Assembly (NCBI GenBank): GCA_950097015.1
Contig: CATNEN010000001.1
Location: forward strand, 20,832,001-20,896,000
Direction: 5' to 3'
DNA: 64,000 nt
Origin: Macrostomum hystrix
Taxonomy: Eukaryota > Animalia > Platyhelminthes
In this document: in pieces, positions 10,201-22,767 of the stretch
Position numbering within the stretch: position 1 is the stretch's first letter
Layout of the letters: each line of letters opens with the position of its first letter
Notes under the pieces: model-generated
Seen by the model: only the letters and a program-made list of their open reading frames with translations
Databases searched by the model: none
What the model was told of the DNA's origin: nothing
Made by a program: the position numbers and the translations under genes

Positions 10201-11240
10201 TGCCAATGCCACCCTGGATATTCCGGAACCAACTGCTCAACGGACTATCCCGACTGCCATGAGAAGCCGTGCGGCAGTGAGGAAGTGTGCTTGGAGAAGA
10301 GCGACCCGGTCAATTACAATATAAAGATTCTGCCACCGCCATTCAATGGAGCTTTCAGCTACGGGTCGGCTGCTGGATTCACCTGTGTAAAATCGTATGG
10401 TAGGACAACAGCAAGCTTTCATTAGTTCTTTGAAATGGCAAAGTATTTGATAACTGGCGACTTTGTGACGGTATCTACAGGTTTTATGAATCAACTCAAG
10501 AAGAAAATGTGCAAATGCAGTCTTTACCTATCCTACTCACGAACTATTGCAGGGTATCGGAACAGCTTCACAGGCTCAGCCTCACAAACTAACAGCTTCA
10601 CCACCTCAGCCGGATTCTATGTGATTCTTGTCGTGGTTTCTGCTGTTCTTTCGGCTGCAATCTCTATCTCAGTTTTTTTTCTTCTAATTAGACATGTAAG
10701 GATCGCTGCTTTCTTTCATGTATTGCTCATTTTGAGTTGATAAAACACAACAAATTCCTTTACAGGGTCACTTGGCAAGAAACCGTTCTGATGATTATAC
10801 CAATCGATCGCTATCAGGACATCAACAACAGGTAACTTGGTGATTTTATTTATCCAGAAATCATTATTCTCTGAAAATGCAATTCTGTTTCAACAAGATT
10901 CTTCGAATCATCTTAGAAGCGGACTGATGGAGGTTCCGATGCAACGGTTGATGCAACTTATACTATTGCTGACCGGAACACTGTGCCTGTAAGTCTGTTT
11001 TCCACACCTGGGGCCCATTGATTTGAGCTGGATTGTTTTTCAAAACCTTTACTCAAATATTTTTCGTCCTACTCAATTATTGCCTAACTCAAACATGCGT
11101 CGAACGTTTTTTAGACAGCCGAAAACAGCTGTTTGACACCCAGCAGTCCGCCGGTTGCCGCAGCTGAACTTGTCGAAGATGTGTACGACACGACAATCGA
11201 CTCAAACTATGCCAACATGGACCAGAAATACAAATGCTAG
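4208..11240 (+). CDS. crb-like: G1: Crumbs-derived type I membrane protein: signal peptide, RLRR site, ~10 EGF, LamG, EGF, LamG (with RSKR), EGF, truncated Crumbs-signature EGF, TM, Tyr-motif tail
   Basis: In-frame exons: 4208-4301, 4393-4674, 6400-6592, 6661-6888, 7810-8157, 8453-9500, 9577-10121, 10200-10399, 10553-10695, 10766-10831, 10917-10988, 11115-11240. Signal peptide MAQNNSLYFWILFWLLLPLTTAVS; Ca-binding EGF consensus (NIDDC..PC.NG); Crumbs-type pre-LamG motif FGGKNCS..LTGC...HG..C.C..GWTG.QC..TT.VSF.G; TM FYVILVVVSAVLSAAISISVFFLLI; tail ends EDVYDTTIDSNYANMDQKYKC*. Tail exons are less certain than ectodomain exons. Confidence 0.85.
5085..5755 (-). repeat. 14-bp minisatellite (GAGGGTAGAGTGAG)n, inverted relative to 3590-3957, in G1 intron
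   Basis: Direct tandem repeat, purine-rich on plus strand. Confidence 0.95.
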
Positions 11241-11654
11241 ACGGTTTGGCGCGACTATTTAATCCTGGTTTGGTGCATAACATCTTGGTTTGTGCCTTCA
11301 TGACATCATGCTGTCGCGGTTTTTAGATTTTTTTATGTGTCTCAGTGTTTTTTGCGCCGTTTCAGTAACAACGTTTTTTGTCATGTTTTATAATTTGTAA
11401 AGAAGAAAAACATATTTCATGTTAAAACAAAAAATCTTAGCGGTTTAAAGTTTTATAACCGTTTTTTAGGAAACGTGATTAAGAGTAATATTTTTATTGT
11501 TCTTTGTGTTAAAAACTAGAACGACGTATTTCAAGAAAAATGTATTTGCTATCTATAAGCTTAAATTTGAGCTTCATTATTGCTCCAAGAAGTAAAAGTA
11601 GTTCAATCCTTTATTCATTTATATTTACTTTTTTAACATGGAATCTGGTTTGAA

Positions 11655-12335
11655 GTCCTCGTGAGTTTGATAGACACTCGTGTGTCTGATGGACCCTTGT
11701 GAGTTTGATGGACACTTTTCTGTTTGATGGAAACTAGTATGTTTAAGGACACTCGTGTGATTGATGGAAACTAGTATGTTTAAGGACACTCGTGTGATTG
11801 ATGGAAACTAGTATGTTTAAGGACACTCGTGTGTTTGATGGACACTAGTATGTTTAAGGACACTCGTGTGTTTGATGGACACTAGTATGCTTAATGGACT
11901 CTCGTGTGCTTGATGGACACTCGTGAGTTTGATGGACACTCGTGTGCTTGATGAACTCTCGTGTGCTTGATGGACACTCGTGAGTTTGATGGACTCTCGT
12001 GTGCTTGATGAACTCTCGTGTGCTTGATGGACACTCGTGTGTTTGATGGACACTCGTGTGTTTGATGGACACTCGTGTGCTTGATGGACTCTCGTGTGCT
12101 TGATGGACACTCGTGTGTTTGATGGACACTCGTGTGCTTGATGGACTCTCGTGTGCTTGATGGACACTCGTGTGTTTGATGGACACTCGTGTGTTTGATG
12201 GACACTCGTGTGTTTGATGGACACTCGTGTGTTTGATGGACACTTGTGTGTTTGGTGGACACTCGTGTGTTTGTTGGACACTCGTGTGCTTGATGGACAC
12301 TCGTGTGCTTGATGGACACTTGTGTGGACTCATGC
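11655..12335. repeat. 19-bp minisatellite (GATGGACACTCGTGTGTTT)n
   Basis: Direct tandem repeat; repetitive ORFs in three minus frames. Confidence 0.95.
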
Positions 12336-14041
12336 CTGTGAGATGGATGCCATGAATTTTACATTGTCAAATTTTAGTTCTTACCAGCGAAGCGCTTTTC
12401 AAACATGTAAATAACTTTGGATCCAATTTCAGCAAGGATTGGAAGCCGAGGGAGATGCCTGCGACTGCCTACTGACAGGACAGCGATAGCAGAATTGTCG
12501 CCGTCATTTGATGCCATCTGCCAAGTGAGTGGCTAACAGGTGAATGAAATGTCACTCTAACAGAAACCTCACTCCATCTGAAGTGTCAATCAATCCTAAA
12601 TATCAGTTTTTAATTGTCACTCTGTTTGAAATATCATTCTATCAGATACTTCGCTCTATTGAATATGCAAATAGAAAATGAAATTCATCATTTTTTCCTT
12701 TAATCCATAGGAAATCCATAGTGTTTCGATTTGCACTTTTTTTACAATCGACATTTATCGTCCATTCTAACACTAAGAATCTGAATTTTCTTTCAGTATA
12801 TAATTTTTCAACAAAGCTGGCATGCATTGTCAAAGAAGTTCACAGTCCACCTGGGTTAGATTGGGTCAATTTATGATTTAGTTGCTATCTCCTGTTCACA
12901 ATGGCCTCGAAACCCCACAGTAAAAGAGGTTGAGAGGTTGGCTGCTGCTGTGTCGCATTCTATTGTTCTATCTTTATATATTTATATTTTCTGTTAAGCC
13001 AGTACCATATTCTGTAGAACTGCAGTATTTTTTCAATGCAGATGCTGAGATCTCCTCTATCTCCATGTGTATGCTGAATTGGCAACTTATCCAGCTTTTG
13101 TCTTACTCGCCACATTAAATTCGCACCGAAATGTCTCTAGGTTGTGTGCTGCTGGCTAGAAAATGGGACAAATTGATTTAGAAATTAAGCTGGAGTATTA
13201 TGTGAGTGCATTGTTATCATGTCTACTTGTAGAATGCATACGTACACTATCAATGGTAATGCTGACCGTGTTAATTGCTTACCTAGGCTTAATTCTAGTA
13301 CATTAAAAGCTCGTAGTTTGCATACATTTTGTGCCCATTGGAAGGTATGTCATAACATCCGTAATTCTATTTATCTGCGCCTTTGTGCGTGTCAGACTCG
13401 GTAGACGACGCCATTGTGGACGACTAGACTCTATTCTTCTATCTCTGTTATCTCGCGGCCCACTAAATGGCAATAGCGAATGCTATTGTACTCAGCCAGC
13501 CAGTGGTTTTTTAAAAGAACTCAGAATTTTACAATCCGAATAGAAATGCAGAGTTTCGCACAGCTTGCTTTTGTCTGTTTTGCAGCGGTCCAATTAAAAC
13601 AGTGCTACATATTTTCTTGTCTCTACGACTTCCTTAATCTTATTTGGCATATTATGTGCAAAATCTCCCCGAAAGACAACAAATACCTTGAGACTCTCAG
13701 AACAAGCTAATAATTAGAAGGGCCAAGCCTTGCAACCTTGACGAAAGCGACTTTATCGGCATCAAAAAACTCATTCGATTAGGTAAGTTGACATTTCTGA
13801 TTACAGACACGGTTATCTACGGTTACAGACATTTTACAGACACAAACAAGTGCCTGTACCTGAGACCGATGATATATTGGAAAAGTGTATATATGTGCAA
13901 TTTTCTGTCACAAATAAAGTGCATCTCAAGCGACCAAGAAATGGGGATTAAACCGGAAACATTAAACGGATTCTAACTAAATTCGAATTCCAATTGACAG
14001 GACTAGAAAGCACGGAGTTGAGAATCGACAACGCTTGAACT

Positions 14042-17000
14042 ATGCGGCCTTGTTACCTGAGGCCTGTGGTGCTACTGCTTGTTCTAACTGCTGCCTACAG
14101 CCTGCTTCCAGTGATCTACGCGGCAGCAGCGAGCCAGGCATTTACAGGTAAAAAGCTGTTTGTGGAGCTTAATGTCAAGCCTTTAAACATGCCGATCAAC
14201 CCCAATCCCTGAAACATCCCAACCCCTATGACATCCCAACCTCTGAGGCATCCCAATACCTGAAACTTCCCAATCGCTGCCTAATCTCTGAAACTTCCCA
14301 ATCCCTGAAACATCCCAATCCCTGAAACTTCCCAATCCCTGAAACTTCCCAATCCCTGAAACTTCCCAATCCCTGAAACTTCCCAATCCCTGAAACTTCC
14401 CAACATCTGAAACTTCCTAATCCCTGAAACTTCCCAATCCCTGAAACATCCCAACCTCTGAAACTTCCTAATCCCTGAAACTTCCCAATCCCTGAAACTT
14501 CCCAATCCCTGAAACTTCCCAATCCCTGAAACATCCCAATCCCTGAAACTTCCCAATCTCTGAAACATCCCAATCCCTGAAATATCCCAATCTCTGAAAC
14601 TTCCCAATCCCTGAAACTTCCCAATCCCTGAAACTTCCCAATCCCTGAAACTTCCCAACCTCTGAAACTTCCCAATCCCTGAAACTTCCCAATCCCTGAA
14701 ACTTCCCAATTCCTGAAACTTCCCAACCTCTGAAACTTCCTAATCCCTGAAACTTCCCAATCCCTGAAACATCCCAACCTCTGAAACTTCCTAATCCCTG
14801 AAACTTCCCAATCCCTGAAACTTCCTAATCCCTGAAACTTCCCAATCCCTGAAACATCCCAACCTCTGAAACTTCCTAATCCCTGAAACTTCCCAATCCC
14901 TGAAACTTCCCGATCGCTGCGCAATCTCTGAAACATCCCAACCTCTTAAACTTCACAATCTCTGAAATATCTCAATTTCTGAAATATCCCAACCACTAAA
15001 ACATGAAAACTTTCCTTAACACCCGAGCCCCTAAAACACACCTATTCATGACACTGTACACTGTACGCTGCAGCTAGACATTACAATCACCATGAAACCT
15101 GAACTCGCAGGCCTCAGTGAGAGTCTGGCTCTGTTATCTCGGCAGCGCAGTGCCCCCTGTGGCTCTTTCGATTGCATGAACGGTGGGATTTGCAACTCCA
15201 GCGCTCCCAGCCCGGTGTGCACCTGCCCCAAGCCGTACACCGGAGACAACTGCAGCGCCGTGCAAAACTACTGCAACAAACTGCAGCCCGAGATGAACAT
15301 CACAGCACTGCCAGTGTGCCTGAATGACGCCAGCTGCACATCGACTGCAACGGACCCATTTTTCTCCTGCAGATGTACTAGTAACTATACGGGTGAGTTC
15401 ACGGCGCTTAATTGTCAAACCCTTGAGCCTTCTCAAAGCCGTCTTACAGAGACCATAAAATGTTGATTCCCAATTTTCCTCTAATATCAGATGCAGAGAA
15501 TGCATCCTACTTGATGGCCCAAGATGATAATCTGTGACAGAAAATGTTGCTCAATACATTGTAGAGATTGACAAAATTAGTGTTGGCTAAACCACTGCTT
15601 GGAAGAATATGTTTAGTTACTTTTAATTAAAGTATTTATTTATTGTTGCAATGCATTTCATTTACTTGTGATACAATTACGAGTGCATATTCGCCAAAAA
15701 ATACTCTTAGTTTTGACATTTTCGTGAAAAATTCTCATGATGAATATTTTTTTAGATCTAAAATAATTTTTTGAATACTGGTACCATCACCTAAATTGCG
15801 TGTGACATGATTTTAGTAATAAAATTCTTTAAAAAAAATCCTATTCAAACCGCACTATGGGGGTGAGTGACATTGCAGGCAATTCGCACTCTACAGGGGG
15901 GTGGGTGGCAGAGATCTAACGCGTTTGCCTCTCGCGCCAAGGTTCCTAGGCTCGATTCGAGGCACATTTATTTTGGAGCGCAGCAGCGGAGAGAAGGCTG
16001 GCGAGCTTGTCGTGCAATTTACGCCCTTGAGGGCCAGCCTCCAAGGCACAGTGCCTGACGATGAGAAAGTCAGGGCAGATGTACACACCTGTGTGAGTGT
16101 GTGCCTGCGTACAGTATCTGTGTGCGTGTGTGCCCATGAGCCAGCGAAATGGGCAGAATTGCCTACTCGCAGGCTGCGCTTCTACTTTCAATAAATAATG
16201 TGCCAGAGTACACACAAATATAAGCTTTTAAATATCATTATTATGCCGCACTATAAAGAAAATGCTGGATATATTTTTTAAAGCCAATAAAATCCCTCCA
16301 TAAATTCCCGAACTAAACTCACCAGGCCCAAGATGTGACACTGTCAACCTGTGCGCCTTCGCAAACCCATGCGTCAACGGGCAGTGCGAGGTCGCTTCCA
16401 CCGGAGCCGAATGCCGCTGCTACTCTGGCTGGGCCGGACCGAAATGTGATGCAGACGTCGATTACTGCTCAACTGGGCCTTGCAAAAATGGCGGAAAGTG
16501 CATCGATGGAAACTCGACGTAGGCTTCATATTTTCTTTTATCGAATTTTAAATCCATGCGAGAAATCTTGAAGATTTAAGATTCGGGTAAAGTTGAGAAC
16601 TCGAGGACATTGCAAGGATGCAGTCTACGTACCTCCGCGTCCACTGATGATTTATTAAATTTGCTCGATGGAGACACCCACAGACAGAACTCAAACTGGT
16701 TACAAAAAGACCTACTCTGAATATTTCATTTTGACTCATATCTCGTGCACCTGTGTCAGATTCAGCTGCAACTGCTCAGCCACGGACTTCTGGGGCACCA
16801 GCTGTACCAACTGGATCAACGACTGTCAGCCAGATCCCTGTACCAATGGCGCCACCTGTATTGACGGATTGAGAAACTTCACCTGCAACTGTCAAGACGG
16901 CTACTCTGGAAGGAACTGCTCTGAGGATTTCCCCGACTGCAGCCCGAACCCTTGCGCCTTCAATGCCACGTGTCTGGAGCGCAGCAAGCGGAGCTGGTAC

Positions 17001-20000
17001 GGCATCAGCTCGCTGCCCGCGCCTTTCAACGGCCAGTTTCGCTACTCCCAGGCTGCTGGCTACGTCTGCGATTTAGGTTATGAGAACGGTGAGACATTTC
17101 TGGCTCCAGGTCGACAGGACGAGGTTTATACTGCTTTTTGAGATTTGCTTCAATTATCACGGTACTGTTTGTGCACTGTCTAACAGTTTGGAGCACTGTC
17201 TAACAGTTTAGAGCACTGTCTAACAGTTTGGAGCACTGTCTAACAGTTTAGAGCACTGTCTAACAGTTTAGAGCACTGTCTAACAGTTTGGAGCACTGTC
17301 TAACAGTTTGGAGCACTGTCTAACAGTTTAGAGCACTGTCTAACAGTTTGGAGCACTGTCTAACAGTTTAGTGCACTGTCTAACAGTTTGGAGCACTGTC
17401 TAACAGTTTGGAGCGCTGTCTAACAGTTTGGAGCACTGTCTAACAGTTTGGAGCACTGTCTAACAGTTTCGTGCACTGTCTAACAAGCTGTGCAGTCTAA
17501 CATGCTGTGCAATGTCTGGCAGGTAAGGATCTTTCTTACTTTCTACAGAGATATAGATCATATTACTATATTACCCAGTATTTAGTATTTTCTTGAGTAC
17601 TGTTTGTCTGTGATTACAAAAATTCCAGAGCTACACCAGAAGCTGCTCATTGGTTTGGCAATTGGCATTCCAGTCGGCATTGTTATTGGTGTCATCTTGG
17701 CCATAGTCGGCTTCGTTGTGTATCTTTATTTGCACAAACAGGTGAGAATCAACCAGAGCTTGTTGTGTTTCTGACAGACAGGTATTAATAAATCAATCAA
17801 TACTCCTTCGCTGTTTCAGGGCAAGCTGTCTCTCGGCTACTTCGGAAATTCCATTCAAAAATACGTCACTGAGGTGAGCCTTCGAGACATTGTAAACCTG
17901 AAGCTTAAATGTCAATATTAATGGACTTGATGAAGCATGCACGTCTAGTCCGAATTGGAAACTTCCAACTGCACTAACAATAAGAATGCATCAACTGTCA
18001 TTATTTCAGACTGCTGAACAGAATGAATATGAGATGCCGATGCGACCTACAGAAGGAAACGACCAGATCTACCTTGATCCAGACAATATGGATGATGGAC
18101 CTGTGAGTTAAAGGTGGCAAAATAAACAGGTGCTTTGCAAACGATTAGATTGCCTGACTTTAGAAATGACAGTAGCAGATTACACAATATAGTGCAGCTA
18201 AATACCATCTTCACATGTTAGACATCCTACTAAAAAACTGATATTTTTATGTTAGACACGATTGTGACCTTCTTGGCTGAATTTTATTTGATGGAATAAT
18301 TGAAGTTGAAACTCTCTGCTAAATGTTGCAGCGGCTGCAGCCAGCAACTGGTGCTGGCCCTTCTAACGCACTGAGCTCAGCGGCTGAGATGTCAGGCGTG
18401 AGAAAGCAAAACGGCGCAGATACGAAGAAGAAAGGTAAGATTGTACTATTCAAGACCAAAAAGGAAGACGATACGGACGGACCGATACAGCTCAAGCCAA
18501 ACTCTAGCCAGGTAATTGAATGCTTTCTGGTACTGTGGGTTTAGGTTTACAGTAGGGGTCAAAGCGATGAGAGTCAAAGGTCTCGAGCTCGATTCCGCGG
18601 CGAGGTCACATTCATTTGGGGCACAGTCACGGAGGGAAGGCCTGAAGGCTTGTCGTACAATTTACACCTGCGAGGGCCAAACACCAAGGCACAGGGAATG
18701 TACACTGTCCGACAGTCAGAACATCGACCAAATGGTGTGCCAGTGCCCTGCTGCAAATGTTGCTTTTATTATTAGGTTTTGTGTTATGAAGTAACAAATA
18801 AATATTCTAATCTCGATAGAAGCACAAGAAGCACAAGCACAACCAGCCTGAGCAGCAGCAGCCGCAGCCAACAATGCCAGGGGAATCGGAATATGCTGCT
18901 GTTTATGAGCAACAAAATACTTCGAAAAAGAACTCAGCCAAACAACAGCAAGATGCCAATGAACGAACAAAGAAGAAATCTAAAAAGGCAGACAAGAGCA
19001 ATCAAGGAAGTTCGCATAATCAGGTCCAACTACCGGCCGCAGCCGTAGGCTCTACTGCCTCGTTGCCTGGAGCCAGTTTCGGCAACAAGTCGCTGACTGA
19101 AGTGCAAAAGCGACTGTCGCAGCCGCCATCAAGACCGATACGATCTACGAACACTGGCAGTAATCTCAACGTGAGTTGATCAGTGATCAGTGATATGTGG
19201 CAACCGTTTGTGTTTGTCAAATCAGAGCTGTTACAAGCATGCAGACAGGGCATGTACAGCTGGCTTTATCGTCCTACATTCTTATAGGGTCATTATCTGC
19301 TAGTGTACAATACGGCTGTACGCCTCTACGGCTCAAATTATTTTGATCTCAGGTTCCCGCAAATTCATTGTGATAGTGAGCTTCCCTTGCGTTCTGTTGC
19401 GTGGCCCTAGCAACCCCCTGTGTTTGAGTTTTTCATCGTGGTGTGTACCCCCGCACCTCCTCTAGGCCAGCCGTGGTGATGGACGGGCCACTGCTTTATA
19501 TTTCACTGCCCTCATTGCGTGTTCAACCCCCACCCATTGTGGCGCTTAAGCCATCTGCCATCTCTATTTTTCTCTACCCTGCTCTTGTGCTGATTGGCTG
19601 AACGGCCTCTATCTGGCCTTAAGCCCTTGACTTTCTACCCCTGCCTGTAATACTATAATGTAATACTATAAATCTAGACCCCCCTGCAAGCCCTCGTTTC
19701 TGCGCGCCCCACACTAAGGCAATTGTTACAAGAAAGGCCGGTTGTGACTCCCTTTTCCTTGCCATCCTACTGCGTGGCTGACGGTCTGTAAAATACTTCG
19801 GTCTACGCTCTCACGAAAGAAACCGTGCTGCACCTTGACAGCGAACGTAAGCTTGTTCTGTCTGATTTGGGGTTGGCTTGACGAGGACGAGGACGCCAAC
19901 TCTGCGTCGTTAGTGATAAGGTAAAAGGCGACCACAGCATCTGGGTCAGTACACGAGCCCGGGTTTACCCAGGATTACCCCGCTCACGACATCATTATAA

Positions 20001-20170
20001 AGTCCCCACAAGATTTGATATATTGATTGCACTAACAGCCTCTGTGCCAGCTCGTATACCGTCTGTGTTCGTAAATTCGTGATAAACTTTTTTCATACTC
20101 CAACTCACAGACCGAGAGCGAAGAGCTGTACGTTGAACCAGACAGCATTCATCTGTCTGATCAGGATATT

Positions 20171-20203
<33 letters not shown>

Positions 20204-21097
20204 GTATGCGATTCCTTCAAGCTTTTTATTTTTGCTCTTACCCTTGCGCAGGAAAATAATCCCGTGCTTGCTAGCTAGAACTTTAGGGCGCAGAATCTCG
20301 ATAGTCAGTAGCTAAACTAGTATTCTAAATTGTTAGAGTTTGGTTAGAATGCTGAATAAATTCCTGACATTTCTGCAGCAGCTGTGTGTCTGCCGTTTCA
20401 GCTGAGTGAGCTGTTCCCCATACGAAGTCGAAAACTCGAAAATTTGAAAATCCTTTTTTTTGGGCCTTTATATATCGATTTTATCTACTAGCAGAGCTAC
20501 CGTGCGGAAAACAAGACAAAATAAGAAACAGACAAGCGGCTGCTAAAATGTACAGAAACTGTTCAGCGTTATGCTGAAACAAACAATTTGGAATACACAT
20601 TGCGACAGACATAAACAACAATGGTCCGAAAAATGGTGTTTAGCGAGGTGTTGGTTCTCCATTTTATATTCTGAGCTCCATGACTGATTCGAGTAAGATC
20701 AGCTGCATCACCTTTGTCAAATGCCAGCCCGAGCCAGAGGCTGTCTACGTTGTGCCCGACAGTGTCCTAAGCCAGCCAATGGAGCTGCTTAATCAAGCGA
20801 ACGGACCACCGCCGAAGTTGCCGAAGCCGAAACCCAGGGGCCAGCAGCAGCAGCAGCCCCCGACTGTGGAACTCAGTAGCCATCCAAACAACAGAGCTAG
20901 TCAGCTGAATATTGTGGTAAGATGCTCAAACAAGACTGTCCAGGTTGTTGCACTCAGTTGCTTACAGCTGATCCGTGCTAAAAAGTTATCCCTGAAACTT
21001 TAACAGCGCCAAGACACGGCAGCAAACAACGGTGAAGCCGGTGGATCAGTGGAAAATGAGTACGATGTGATTGACAATGCTCCGAATTCAGCGAATG

Positions 21098-21135
<38 letters not shown>

Positions 21136-21180
21136 AAGAAGGTGGATTTAAGCCGAGTAGAGACATTTACCAAAATTTAA
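14042..21180 (+). CDS. crb-like: G2: EGF-only Crumbs-derived type I membrane protein (~6 EGF, last one the truncated Crumbs-signature EGF), TM, long Tyr/Pro/polyQ tail ending FTKI
   Basis: In-frame exons: 14042-14147, 15111-15392, 16326-16518, 16760-17088, 17629-17741, 17820-17873, 18010-18102, 18332 (or 18341)-18511, 18820-19170, 20111-20203, 20728-20916, 21007-21180. Signal peptide MRPCYLRPVVLLLVLTAAYSLLPVIYA; signature EGF CLERSKRSWYG..LPAPFNGQFRYSQAAGYVC; TM LLIGLAIGIPVGIVIGVILAIVGFVVYLYL; all tail exons are phase 0. Confidence 0.85.
14198..14995. repeat. 17-bp minisatellite (CCCAATCCCTGAAACTT)n in G2 intron 1
   Basis: Direct tandem repeat. Confidence 0.95.
15896..16200 (+). mobile_element. 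tRNA-derived SINE (family A) in G2 intron
   Basis: Head ggggtgggtggcagaga..ctaacgcgtttgcctctcgcgccaagg..gctcgattc (A/B-box-like); body matches the reverse complement of 57840-58170; ends in aataaataatg. Confidence 0.75.
16590..16690 (-). mobile_element. Possible short 3' relic of an RTE-like LINE in G2 intron
   Basis: Minus-frame peptide ..WTRRYVDCILA.. resembles the C-terminal end of RTE-type ORF2; a short match recognised from memory. Confidence 0.3.
17170..17485. repeat. 20-bp minisatellite (GAGCACTGTCTAACAGTTTR)n in G2 intron
   Basis: Direct tandem repeat with an internal ACTGT..ACAGT palindrome. Confidence 0.95.
18565..18740 (+). mobile_element. Partial SINE (family A) in G2 intron
   Basis: gagctcgattccgcggcgaggtcacattcatttggggcacag...ccaaggcacag matches the family A body. 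Confidence 0.65.
19369..19991. mobile_element. Solo LTR (623 bp) in G2 intron
   Basis: TG...CA termini (tgtgatag...cacgaca) flanked by a perfect 4-bp TSD, TCAT (19365-19368 / 19992-19995). Confidence 0.7.
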
Positions 21181-22139
21181 CCAATTTTCCTGTCAAAGCG
21201 CAGCTATTTGAGTTCTTATTATGAAAAAATTGTTTTTATATGTTACATTTTAACGCGACTATAAAAATCAGTGACGCCATTTTAAGCATAAAAAATTATC
21301 TTTGTTAATTTGGAATAAGAACTCCATACTCGTTCAGCAGGAACTCTGTGATAAAATAAAATGTGATTCCTGTACTCGTCTGTGAAGTAGAGCTACACAC
21401 ATTTCTGCTCAGTATTTTATGCAGTAATTGCAAACCAAAAATTGTTTCTCCGGTTGAGTAAAATATCCCTCCTTCACTTGCTTATATTTCTCCCTTTGGG
21501 GACGTAAATGTAACCATTTATAAGTCAGTATTCCAGATACTTGATCACTCAATTCACTTCTATTTTATACTTTACACTCCAGCCTATTCGGACAGCTCAA
21601 TCACAGGTAACTAAATGCTTTAGTTAGGTGTAAATAAATCTATAATATACCGAAAGCTTCATTGCTCTTCATTTTTGCTGTTGTTTTTTATATATTAAGG
21701 CATTATAGGCTCGTAGTGAGAAATGTTTCTGGCAAAATTATATTTTGAGTAAGGATTTCGAACTCGTCTACTTAAATTATTATACTTGAAATTACCTTCT
21801 GCCATTCCAGCCTCAAGACTTGGAAAATAGGGAACTCTTTTGCACTGAGCAGAAATCGATAAAAGTGCATCGCTGCAGATGAGGTCTACCTGCTGTTCAG
21901 TTTGATGGTTGCCTTCGCTTCATTTCCAGTTGGTAACGGTGAGTCAGGGCTGCTGCTGTTGCTGATTGTCTCACCTGGAACTAGCCAATGGCTTCCAACA
22001 ATGGTTTCAAACAATGGGCCATGCCCTCGGAGGACATTGGATCTAAAGTGACGTTTCACTTTCCCTAAAATTCACATCCGAAAAATAAAATTATATTTGC
22101 GGGATGTCTGTGGGCAATGGCAATCATTTGGTGACAGTT

Positions 22140-22345
22140 GACTCGAAGCCGGTACATGTGCTCTGACGTTTACATTGTTGGCCAGCTTACACACACTAGA
22201 CCTTGGGTTTTGACAGCTTACGGGTGCGGGACAAGGCCCCAAGCCTTCTCTCCGCGGCTGCGCTGTAAAAAATGGGGCCTCACTGAGGAATCAAACTCAT
22301 GGACCTTATTGCTAGAGACGGGCACTGACCCCTTTACTTTCCCCA
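22140..22345 (-). mobile_element. Degenerate SINE (family A), duplicate of 1100-1300
   Basis: Lies within the segmental duplication; same family A blocks. Confidence 0.6.
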
Positions 22346-22767
22346 AAAGTCACAACTACCTACTTAATTTCGCGTTCTCCATGTCTGGAAGTGTTAGGTA
22401 AAAAGAAAGTTTAGGTTTGTGAAAGTAGGTGATGACAATATATGACAGGTGATGCCGATATATGAAAGGTGGTATCATTGTGTGGCAAATGTTTGGACAT
22501 GCGATTTCTTTCGTAGAAGTAGATGCATGCGAATGTTTGACAAGCGATTCAAGTCCACTATCGTTTTACTTCTCGCTTTTTGAGTAGTGTGTAGCGCAAC
22601 CTTTTTATCTTATGATTCATTCGCGGCACAGCACAATGAAACCGGCGGCGTCTGTCGAAACTGTCGAAACGGCAGCGTCTGCAGACAAGGCAAAAGCTCC
22701 GCGTCACTTGCTACAGCGGCTACTTTGGTAATCGAAGGCTTGTATTTTATGATCACATAACAAACAC

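Noticed and set aside
11817-14936. Repetitive ORFs in several frames (11817-12333, 14183-14936; likewise 59794-60953)
   Set aside because: Minisatellite artefacts, open in multiple frames.
17170-17485. CRISPR-like palindromic 20-bp repeat
   Set aside because: Units are contiguous with no unique spacers, there are no cas genes, and it lies in a eukaryotic intron.
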